DNA from: Anthoceros angustus
Taxonomy: Eukaryota > Plantae > Anthocerotophyta
Direction of reading: 5' to 3'
DNA: 64,000 nt
Assembly (NCBI GenBank): GCA_010909165.1
Contig: VJWM01000116.1
Span: forward strand, 496,001 to 560,000
Both the position numbers and the translations under genes were made by a program. Shown here piece by piece: positions 26,100-37,199 of this stretch. Positions within the stretch are counted from its first letter, which is position 1; the number at the start of each line of letters is the position of its first letter. The notes under the pieces are model-generated. The model had not been told where the DNA came from. It searched no databases and saw only the letters and a program-made list of their open reading frames with translations.

Positions 26100-28200
26100 T
26101 CCTAAGATTTCATATCCATGTACACGTGGAATGAATTGCACACCTCTTGTCCGCCTCGATAGAAATACAATTTCGCCGACAACAAGGCAGCCATTAAAGA
26201 TGACCCACTACCGCACATGCATCCAATATCCTCCCTTCCTTGGAGAATGTCTTGATAAGCTTCATCATCAAACCTAAAGGCCGGTAGGGATACAACAAGT
26301 TTGTCAAGTGAATGATAAACCGCTTTTTCACAATCGTATGGTGGGCAATCACCGACCGACCATTATTGAAAGTGCCCCGCAAAACATTAGGTAACATGAC
26401 ACCACGCAACTCGAGCTTTTCTTCATTTCACCCGGGACATACTCCACCGTATCAAACCCACCCTTGTCGTTGTTGACATTTGTCTTGTCCCACACAAATG
26501 AAACAAGACCACCCTCTGGCACCACTTCCTAGGCTCCGCACAATATGTGAATCTTCCACACCATGCATTATGATCATCCGAATCGCCAGATTCACCAAGT
26601 CATGGAAGGAATGCAAAACATTACCAACTTGCCAAATATCAAACCTTCCATCCTTTGGGCCCTTCTCGAATCCACGTGGGACATCCATCACAAGCAAAGA
26701 GTAACTCCTCTTCCTCACAAAACCTCGCATATCCCGCATATCTCGAGCATGAACTGACATCGATTTTTTTCTCCGAGGATGTTGAATGCAACAATCCTCT
26801 TCAATGTCTCTATCTCGAGCTCGTCTCATCCTCCAAGCCCTTCCAAGTGTTGACCTCATAAATGAACCGCTGAAAGTTTTGGGCACTTGGTAAGGACTTC
26901 AATGTCTTTGTTGCTGCACAAAACAGGATGCTTGTCAATATTACGATGGAGGGGCGCGCCGCGCCCCTCCCCGCACTTAGGGCCTGCATCTAGACGGGTA
27001 AGGGCGCATGCCGGCCCCTCCTCAACCCCTATTATTGGGGGAGGGGCCGATGCGCCACCCACTCCCGCGGTGCGGGCGCCTGCCCCAGCTGCCGGCATGC
27101 CGCGCCCAAGCGACAACAGGGAGGAGGAGGGAGGTGCTGCATGCCCTCCTCCTCCCGCCTGCACTATATAAAGTTCTAAGAAACAAGAGAGTATGATAAC
27201 ATACCTTTCCCTCGAAAGCGCCTGAACCGCGACTACTGGTGGAATGTTGTGGGTACTCTTGCCTCACCATCTCAAAAGATGAACATCCTAAGTGCTTCGC
27301 CATGGCCACTTGGATGATATGCAATTTCGCTAATATAATTTCATCCGACATTCCTTCAAATCCATAAGGCCGGTGAGAACTTTCGGGCACTAATAAGCAT
27401 TTGTTGCCCGCTCTCCTCAGAATACCTTGAAAGCAACGCCATGGCTTTGTCTGCATCTCCTTGGGCTTCACCAATATACCCTCAACTTGTTTCGTTTCTT
27501 CCGCGCTTCCGCTTTGCCTTTGCTCTTTTGCTCAATCGCCGCCACATGTTTCTTATCCGCAAGTCACAAGCCTCCCACTTTGCAAAAATTTTGTCCACAT
27601 TCTCCCATACCCTTCCTTCCAACTTCGCTATGCACAAGATGTGCGTGTTGTCAACCTTGTTCTGCTTTGTAGGCATCATCTTCCCGTCCTTCATCATCTT
27701 CGATAAGACCCAATACCTTATACAGGTTGAACTTCCAATTCATGGACATATGCACGCCATCCCACTTGGCTATAACCAGTTCATCTCTGAGATATCTTAC
27801 TTGCTCTATGAACGACATCTTCCGCCGTTTGTCAGACATTGTATTGTGATCAGTCGCCAAAACCCTCATTTCCAGTGTGGTCAGCCCACAATACACATGT
27901 GCCTCTATCCATTTGAAACGCTCTTTCACTGGTGATATGTCCGCCAAATGTTGCATTGCCGCAAATGTGTGGTTCCCGCCTAACACACCCATGATGTATT
28001 TCTTTGCCCTGAATTTTTTCCAGTCCAGGTCCTCTAGATCATCACACTCCTTGGGATCAATCATGCACAAAAGGGGCAATACGCCCTCCTCAACTCGGCC
28101 CTTTCCAATCACGCGAGCCAGATAATTAGTCCACGCTTCATCCACACGCCGAATCTGCGCATCCGGGGTTAGATAAGAGGCAGGCCGCAGATTCTCCACT
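26100..28200 (-). pseudogene. ParB/Srx-like domain plus beta-class amino (N6-adenine/N4-cytosine) DNA methyltransferase domain, frameshifted; probably starts upstream (up to ~29850)
   Basis: IRRVDE...VLGGNHTFAA...VYCGL...LATDHN (27845-28160). Motif IV-like RDMRGFVRKRSYSLLVMDVPRG (DVPRG at 26685-26671). Motif X/I-like YPYRPLGLMMKLIKTFSKEGRILDAC/GSGSSLMAALLS/RNCISIEADKR (26290-26143). Confidence 0.72.
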
Positions 28201-30429
28201 TACCACTGGGACCACCTTCTTCGCATGTCGCATCTCGAATGGGTGAGGTAGTCCTCCTCGTGGAAGGAAGATTCCAACCTCTCTTCATCCGCTGAAAGGT
28301 GCACTGGGAATGTCTCCACGGTGACATAGTTCCCGTAGTCTTTGCTTTCTTCCGTATTTTACCATGTTCGGCTCCAAACTCTCGCTCGGATCCTCTTGCA
28401 AGACTGCTTCCTCTTTCCGGATCCCGGCCTTGTATCGGAAATGACTAGCTGCTCGCCAACAAATTACCAAGATCCGGACTTGTGTTCGTTGCTCCTCGCG
28501 CTGCTTGCCTTTCCTCCAGCCCTCCCGACAATCCAACGCCTGGGTCGATAGCTCTCATAGCACCGGTATAGTAGAAGGGTGGCGCCCGTGTGGAGAGGAG
28601 TGGGCCGCCCCTTCCTTGCTCCCGCCACATCCATAAACATGCCCGCATGGGGGTTGGGAGGACTCCACACCGCACGTAGGCGGCATGCCGGCGCCCTCTT
28701 CCCTTGCTCCCGCCACATCCATACACATGCCGGCCGAGGGGTGGGACTCCACACTGGAATGGAGTCGGCGATGCCGCCCCGCCTGTGGCTGGCGCGGGTT
28801 ATAAGGGACCGGCACAAGCATAGAGTCGAGGCATGTCATAATCCATTATTAATTGCATCTCTAACCTCGGTTTCCAAGTCATCCCCGCTTCTTCCATCAT
28901 CTTCGGGATTGTCCAAGGATGTCGGGCAATGGTCCATCATGCTCATCTTGGGCCCAGCCTCCTCTTCCTCCGAGCTGCCCGAGAGGTCCTCCGTGATTTT
29001 GGGAGGGCTGCCTGGTTCCGCATGCTCATTTCTCTCCGGTGGTCCATAGATGCGGTGACAAAAGCACAGCTGTTTATAGAAAGCCCTCCCACCTGACACA
29101 CAAAACCCATAAGCCAACTCACGCTACATGCTACAAGCGAAATGAAAAGCACAGCTCACAAACAATGTTAGCCAACCCGTCCATACGTGTTGATTCTGCT
29201 TAGCCTCTCAAGGCGCTTGTCACATCCGGGGAACACTTCTTAAGCTTGAACATCCCAAGGCCACGGTGATAACCTTGAACTCCTCCGCACCGGGCGAATT
29301 TCATCCAGCTTGGTGTGGCTTTGTTGTAAGGAGGACCTCGAATTCGGCCCCGATAAATCCATTTGCCCATACAACCCAGCCAACTCTTGCTCGCTGATTT
29401 GGCTTAGCTGGTCCAAACCTCAGAACCCAGCCTTGAAGCGGTGTCCATATGGTCAAGATCATCCGGGCCCGCTGCAAAACCACTCCTTCCCTAGACAATT
29501 AATCGCATCGATTGAGTTAGTCGCGCCCGATGAGCATAGTTTCTTCCAAGGCGGCGAAGGCACAGGATCGGGTTGCTTTCTTCCCCTTCAAGCCTCCTTG
29601 TCTTTCGTGGCTGCCCGCCTCCCCGTGCCGGGCTTTTGCCGACCCCGATTCGTTCGCCGCCCACCCACATCCGCATCGCCTCCAGCGATGCTGTTGCGCC
29701 GCCTGCCACCGTCCTGTCCGCGATTGGTGCCGCCATATCCGCGACCTCCGCCTGCCTCGAGTCGCCTTCTTCTTGGCACACAATCTCGGAAGGTGGTTCA
29801 AGCGTGGCGCCGCTAGGTCCTTCTTGCTCGAGAGCCCTCCCGATGCCATGATTTCCACAAGGAACGCGACGCGCATCAACCAAACAAAGCATACGATTAG
29901 AGTTCTCACTTTGAGGTGGAAAGCAACGATTGGGGAGAAGAACACCTCCTTCCTTGCGTGGGGATGATCCTCCCCTACGCGCATCCACCGCAAGCGTTGA
30001 ATCACTCCTCTTCTCGCCCGCGCAGGAGTCCGCAGCACAAAGTTGAAGGGGACGAAAGCCCGCTTCGCGTGGATGGTGGGGAAATGGTTTTAAAGACCTT
30101 ATACGCCCGGACAAAAGTTAGGGTTCCCTTCATTTGCCCTTCTCACCGTAACCTCCATGGATTCGCGAACGTACATAATGCATAAATTCCATTTTAGGAC
30201 AATGTCCTAACTACACCTCTTAATGGTGGTGTCGTTTTGGCGGAGGCGGCGCCATTACGATGGCGCAATCGATTGTTTGCCGTTATAGGTCTAGAACTTG
30301 TGCATTGAGCGGCGCAGCGCCGCCTCAAAGCGTTGGACGTTGAAGTTGGTGGCTTGGGCGTTATATTTCCCTTTTCCCGCAGGAGAACACACTTTCGTTT
30401 GTGTCGTGGGTGAAGTGGCATCACCGCGA

Positions 30430-33400
30430 ATGTTACAGAGACTCACGCGGGACGAAGTGAGCGATCTTTGTTGTATCCAATGCACTCCATGCAATAATGT
30501 TCCTTGATGTTCTTCTCCCGCTAAACTTCGCTTGCGAGAAGGGAGGACTTGTCATCGCAGCTTCAACCGAGAGGACGCAAGAAAAAGGAAACGCAATGCA
30601 AGATTGAATGCGTCCGATCCTCCTCCCCGATGATGCCGCATAACACACCGCATCTCCAAATGGCTTGTGGGTAGTAGATGGTCGGTGTTAATTCTGCGTT
30701 ACGTCCTCACGTGCATGCCAACAATGACCGAAGAGGCCAGTTCCCCCGATGTCACCAAATGCGGCGCTTTGCATGAAGGTTGGAGGCGGGTCCAGACCTC
30801 ACCAAGGATTCCTCGGGTGTTCCTAACACCAAGGAACATCAATTTGTATTCACCGGAGCGGAGTCCTAGTAGCCGCCATGAAGAACGAATAGTTCCCACG
30901 CACGGTCGCGTCGGGGTTTGTTTCCAATTGAGGAAAGGAGGGTGTTCTGAACCCTCGCCGATGCACCTTTAGTGAGACAGAGGAAGGCATACCGACGCAG
31001 TCATTCCACCCCAAACCACGAGCGAAACATTTGTGGCGCCACGACATGCAATCCGTGGTTCGTAGAAGGCGGGCAAGTGGAGTTCCTTTGTCGAAGAGAC
31101 TCGACGCCGCCACGGACTTCCGGCCATGCCGCAACAAGCCCGTCAATGTCTAAGGCCAATTTCCATGAGCAACGTTATCGTCGCGAATGGGGAGGGCGAG
31201 CAAGAGACATTTCTTCCCTCCGGTCGTGGACTTACAGGCCACCGTAAAGGACAAGGTCATCACGCATATAATGGGGCGACGCGATTCGGTGTTGTTTGCA
31301 AGCTTTTCAAGAGTATACGCATCTCGAGAGGTACGAGGAGTTGAAGAGCGGTGCAATGCACCGTGGATGGGTCAAGAGTGAATCCGCGACAACCATCTAC
31401 ACACACCGGGAGCCGTTCGATGGATAGCTTTTCAAGTGATGGCGGAAAGGCTGCCAAACGTTGATGTGTTCCACCGCCGGACACGTTCTCAAAGTTGGAG
31501 ATCCGGGCCCGATCGGGATATGACACGGTCTAGTATGCGCGGTGTCGATCCCTATTTTCCGACCTCCGGAGGACCAACTTCCAAGGTTAGGATTCCAAAG
31601 TCTAATAGGTTTTCCACTTGCTCTTTATGTGAAGGATCAAGCGCACCATCCGAACACTTCCGGCAGAGACCAAGGTTTGTTCTTCATATCCTGTGGGATG
31701 TGCATAGTTTCTAAGAACCATTTTGCGGAAGGATGCATGATCGCCTGCTTACATGTCTGTCAAGTGTATATGCATATGTGGCTAAAAAGGTGGGCCAGCG
31801 TTTCGCCTCGCTTGTCGCAGAGGTGTGCAATGTAGATACCAATGTGCAAGACTCACATAGGTTGCGTAGGCGGAAGAGTGCTTCCATTGACCGGGGCCCA
31901 GACCCTTCAAGACATGCATGCGGCCGGCAGCGGCCCCCTCAGGCGCCTCGGGCGCCGGAGGCGGTGCCCCCAAAGCTTTTCCGCATGTCGGTCCGGGAGG
32001 GGGCCGCATGCCCTCAGCAGATTAATCGCACCCATGTTCATGTTACGGTAGTTGTGCAACAATACTTCGATATAATACTGTGTCTCCATTTTTGCAGAGG
32101 TTTAAAGGAGCTTTGGCATCACAGGTGCGACTAAGCAATGAGAGAGACAAAGCAAAACATCGGTCCAAAAGTTATAGTCAGCCCCACAAGTATATGCAAC
32201 TTGCTATCGATGGCATGGACCAAGAAGACAGAGCTCCTCATTTCCTCCGTTATCCCAAAGAGTTGGCGAGGCATCACTTATTAATGTTCATGTGGTGGGA
32301 TGTATGATACATAATTACACTTTCAAGGCGGGCATATTTACACTACGCCTGCATAACGACGCCAATCTCACTATCCATATAATTCAGATGTCATATTTTC
32401 TTACGAAGGGTGCTTCCTAAAGTTCTTTACCTCACTTGATAATACTTGCCGCGAGAACAAGAACCAGCTACTATTCGTACCTAAATATGCTCATCGACCT
32501 TCGTGTGTTCGTTAAAATAAAGGTTGGGTTCCTATTGGTTGGTCATACCCATGATCGTTGATCAAATGTTTTCTTGTTTCTCAAGCTTCTTAGGCACAAA
32601 GAAGCGTTTACTATTGATACACTTTCGGAGATTTTGACGCTTTCACCCCAACGCAAGTTAAAGTAACAGAGGTGGCGATTTTGGCCTTATGTAAGAAGGG
32701 GAGAGGATATGCATAAAGGCGGTGAACCAGTTGAATAATCTTTCCTTCCAACATCAATTTAAAATCACGAGAGGAGCGACAGACCGAGGTCAAGTTACTA
32801 CCATTCAAGTAAGACTCAACATCCCTCAATGGGAATCAAGATGGTTGGAATTTTGAAATTTGTTCCATCAACCACCGACGCCCCACTCCCTCATGCTAAG
32901 GCGAGAGACAAAAAGGGTCAAGATGGAGGTCTTTCACCAACGGCGTGTGTGGCGCACTTGAAGCATGGCTTATTGAACTTGGCGTATATCACGCCATCGG
33001 AGAGGTGTGGTGGAGGTTGTTTTGGGTCGACCGAAGGAATTGCCACTATTGTGGAGAACAATATTGCTCTAGTGCTTAAACAACCGTGGAGGTGGTACAA
33101 CAGAGAAGAGGTGGAGGCACATGCCGCCACTTCAAGTGCCGGAGGAGGTTGTGCTTGATGAAGCATTACTAAGAGAAGTTCCTCAACGGGATATGTATTT
33201 GGGAGCTCACGAATGCAAGTCGACAACATCAAGAAATAGAAAGGATGAATGGAGATGTCAAAGAGATAAGGAAGGGCATGTTCATTGCAACTCCATGCTC
33301 GTGAGATACACAGGGCTTCGGATTGGGAAGGTGGAAAGCGAGACTTGATTGTGCGAACCCATTTCTTATGGTCCACGGCAGGATCGAGCACACGATGCTT

Positions 33401-33603
33401 TTGAAGGGAAATATGTTGAGGAGTTCTTTGTTAGAGGACCGATAATCGACGATCGCGAAATGGGAAGAGAGTGGAAAGAGAAATTTACCCAAAAACATTC
33501 GAAACTATTTGTGAATAAGACTATTATTCTCTATTATGGGTTCAACCTCAATGCAAGAAAGCACCTTTACGCTCCGACAAGAAGGCTATTCGAGATAGAA
33601 TGA
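30430..33603 (+). mobile_element. Sola-like / DUF7869-type DD(D/E) transposase gene, frameshifted, with a probable intron
   Basis: VRIPKSNRFSTCSLC (about 31590-31630), LAIDGMDQ (about 32200-32223), LDNTCRENKN (32435-32464), FLLVGHTHD..DQMFS (about 32530-32575). Start approximate. Confidence 0.8.
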
Positions 33604-33899
33604 ATCCGCGACCTTATCTCGCAGCTGGAGAGGAGGATGACCATGAAGTGGATGATGGATGTCCTTTGGTTGACGAAGGAATTCCCAAGACTAGAGATTT
33701 TAGGGTTTTGTTTTCACGATAGAGTTAGCGTATGTTGGCTTCCGAGTTTCATACTCGCCGATTACTAGATAGGTTGGCGAACACGGTCGCACGCTTACGC
33801 CGCTATGTAATGAAGGCGCACGGGTCCATGCTTTTACGTGGTCTACGCTTGTCTCCAAAATGGAGGCGCGTGGCGCCATCATTGACAATACGGCGTCTA

Positions 33900-34550
33900 A
33901 TATGTTTGAACATTTGTCACATGGGATGGCATGGGTCCATGTGTTCCCTAGTTCGCCCAAGGTTAGTCACTTGTTTCTACGTTTGTAGCGGTATAAGCGT
34001 GGGCGCGCATGCGCCTCCACCTCCACCCCTACCGATTCACTCCTCATGTGTTTAACGTTTTCGAAGGGATGGCATTTCGGGCCATGTCCCACGAGTTCGC
34101 AAGGTAAGTCACTTGTTTCTCGTTTGTAGAAAATATAGATAGTGGAGGCGGCATGCCGGGGCCTCCGACAATACCTAGCCCTACTTCGCTCCTCATATGT
34201 TTCAACGCTTTGTCGATGATGGCATGGGTCCATGTGTCCCTAGTTCTTCCAAGGTAAGTCACTTGTTTGTTAGGTGTGTAACAGGAGGCGCCTGCGGGCG
34301 CCTCCGCCTGCTTACACCGCCCACTCACTCATATGTTACAACGCTTGTCGGGACGGCATTTCGCGGGACCATGCGCCCACGAGTTCTCGCCCAAGGTAAG
34401 TCACTTGTTTCTACCGTCAGAAGATATGGAGGCGCGGCATGCCACGCCCATTGACAATACCGCATGCTTCAATATCCATATGTTTCGATGTTTGTCGGAA
34501 GGCGGAATTTCGAGTCCATGCGTCCAAAAGTTCTCTCTAAGGTAAGTCAA
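33900..34550. repeat. Five degenerate tandem units of 142-150 bp
   Basis: Core AAGGT(A/T)AGTCA at 33959, 34101, 34251, 34393 and 34539. Confidence 0.85.
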
Positions 34551-35435
34551 TCTCCTCACTCTTCGAGACTTTTGTTCCCCTTGCCGATTGTTTTTCTTTG
34601 ATAGCACCCATCCATGAAGAGACTCGACAGTACAAAACACACAAGGCATGGAAACGAATTGCATGTCTTGATTGGAAGATGGAAACAGGACTTGCACCGC
34701 ATGTTGAATTTTCATTGTCATCTCCAATAGTTATTACTCCCTCATTAAAACGGTTTTTCCAAAATCATATACCCTTTACGATCGAATGAATAGCAAGAGG
34801 CCTCTCGTGCCCTCTGCCGCCACCAGAATGTCATGTATGGGCATTATTTCAAGGCAAATGTGTGCCCATCGAGGTTGTATATCCCTTTTCCAGCCTATGT
34901 CATGACATTATCCCGGCCTCGCACACAAAGCAACCGTAATTTTGAAGCATTTTTGTGGAAAATGGCGGATCAGCGTTGCTTCCCATGTTCCCGGTCAGTT
35001 TATTCATTGAAAAAGCCGCTCGCTTATTCCGACGGTATGAATATTATCGTGTTCCTTGTCTCCAAGCTTGAACGCCTACCGGCATGCGAGTGCACTGTTA
35101 CCGTTTGTCCACCATGCCCATTCATCCATTTGAAACTTGAACGATGTGCACTTTGCAGCATCACTTGCCATTAACTGCAGTGCGAAGCCACTTCATCCAA
35201 TGAAATAGCTCTTCATCTATTTGGCTCAATTCCTATAATGCTCCAACTCGATCCGTCCGGGCCGGAGAGGTTCCACGTCTCAAAGTCATCAAAATCAAGT
35301 CCGGTTCGCACCATGTCGCCTCGCCTTACCTCTCGTCACCGTGCCTTCGACAGGAGGCCGCTTCTCCAGTCATGTCTCGAATGGAGACCCGTGCTGAGTG
35401 CGGTGGATGAGCGAGACAGTGGAGCGCCAATCCGG

Positions 35436-37163
35436 TGTTCATGACCTCGGCGACTTGTTTTGGGCTTGATTTGTTTTGTTTTGGTTGTCACTAGGGGATA
35501 GGGTGTGGAGCCAATAGCCATTTTGGCGGATTGCCTTACGGTGCAATCCTAGACCGGTTCGTTGAGGCGGTCGTCCTGCGGGTCCGCCGGAGCGGTCCGC
35601 CCGGTCGAGGCGGTCACGGGAGCGAGGTCCGGCCCGGGCAGGTCCCACGGAGGCCGTCGCGAGGTCCGGTCCGGCTCGGGCGAGTCCACGGAGCGGCGCC
35701 CGGGCGGTCCGGCCAGGCGTCCGTCCGGCGAGGTCTGACGGAGCGTCCGTCCGGGCGAGATCCACGGCCAGGCGGTCGTCCGCGTAGGTCTGACGGAAGG
35801 GTCCGTCAGGCGGGTCGCAGCGGGTCTTCGTCCGTCGCGAAGCCCGGCGGGAATCCGTCCGTCAGTCACGAGCGGCCCGTCCGTCTGCGGCGGAGCGTCG
35901 TCCGGCGGTCGACGGCGCGGCCTGTCGGGCAGGTCCGACGGCGCGTCTCAGCCTCGCCAAGTCCGGCCCGAGGTGGTTGGGCGGGCGGCAGATGCAGTGG
36001 GCATAGGCCCGGCATGGATCTTGTTGGCGGGAAGCGGTTGGTGGAAGAAGTCGAAGGATGAGCTACGTCCGGCTTACCACGACGTGGTTGGTACATACAT
36101 AAAGGTGGTTAGGACATACATAAATGTTAGGTTAGGTATGGGGGTATATAGGAAGGCACATGGCCCAAGATGGCGTACTCATCCCGGTACCATCTTCGAC
36201 CTCAGGTGCTCGCCTCCCGTGGCTCGAGGAGCTGGAGTGCCTGGCCACCGTGCGTGATTAATTGGTGTAAAGGGATGTGCCGAGAGCTCTGGTGACGAGC
36301 TCTGCCAACACGCTTGGTGGGTGCAGACCGGGACGGACTGAGCTGTGGGGCTCAGGTGACTTCCGAGACCAACCTTGGAGGCTCTGGAGGCAGAGGCCGG
36401 GGTTGCAGGTGTAAGCCACTTCCCCATGAGCAGCGATCGGAAGGGTTAGGGCGCTTGAGGTGACCTGGGGCGGAAGCCATCCCAGGAGGCCTGCCGGAGT
36501 GAAGCCGGGGTTGCAGTCGCTGGCCACTTCCCGTAACGCGGGCGCCGGAAGGGTTAGAGGCGCTGAGGTGACCTGGGGCGGAAGCCATCCCAGGAGGCCT
36601 GCCGGAGTGAAGCCGGGGTTGCAGTCGCTCCACTTCCCGTAACGCGGCCGGAAGGGTTAGGAGGCGCTGGAGGTGACCACCTAGGCGGAAGCCATCTCGG
36701 AGGCTGGCATGAGGTACGTGGGGTTGCAAGCCACTTCCAGGCAGCTAACGCGGTCGGAAGGGTGAGGCGGCTCGAGGTGACCTGCTGGGCGGAAGCCATC
36801 AGAGTGCTGAGGAGGCTGTGGGGTTGTAGGTGCCAGGCCGCTTCCCCGCAGAACGCAGCTAGGAAGGAGCAAGGGAGGTCCGGTGTGAATACGCCGCGTG
36901 TGTAATACCGCCTTTAGATGGACTGTAGCAGGAGGAGTCGCGCGCGTGTGGGTGTTGCGGTGGAGTTGTGGTCGGACGGAGTTGAGAAGGTAGGAGCGCT
37001 GGGGTGCTAGGTAAATGTGAGATCGACGGAGGAACGCGTCACAACTGCCCGACTTGATCGAGTAAACCCGAGTGGAGTTTGGGAAGGTCCGGTACGCGTT
37101 CCCCGTCCGCTGAGTTGCGAGGCCACCGCCTAGGTTGCGTATCCGCCGACCCAACACATGAAG
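35436..37163. mobile_element. Solo-LTR-like insertion (1.73 kb) with 5-bp TSD
   Basis: Flanked by TCCGG (35431-35435, 37164-37168). Ends TGTTCATG...CATGAAG (imperfect inverted ends). Very GC-rich left part; TATATA near 36146. Confidence 0.65.
36395..36830. repeat. About four copies of a 103-108 bp tandem repeat inside the solo-LTR-like element
   Basis: GAAGGGT at 36440, 36548, 36651 and 36757, each followed by GAGGTGACC...GGCGGAAGCCATC. Confidence 0.9.
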
Positions 37164-37199
37164 TCCGGCTCGCGCGAGGTCAGGAGTTCGTGCGTAATA

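Noticed and set aside
25600-33600. Bacterial contamination as the source of the methyltransferase
   Set aside because: It lies beside a eukaryotic-type transposase with a probable intron and among plant retroelements; no operon-like bacterial genes are present.
33900-34550. Regularly spaced conserved cores resembling a CRISPR array
   Set aside because: Whole units are homologous with no unique spacers, the period is about 145 bp, there are no cas genes, and the context is eukaryotic.
36352-36799. 36-aa repeat protein (LQPRLHSGRPPGMASAPGH)
   Set aside because: Translation of a GC-rich DNA tandem repeat inside an LTR-like insert; unit lengths are not consistently multiples of three.
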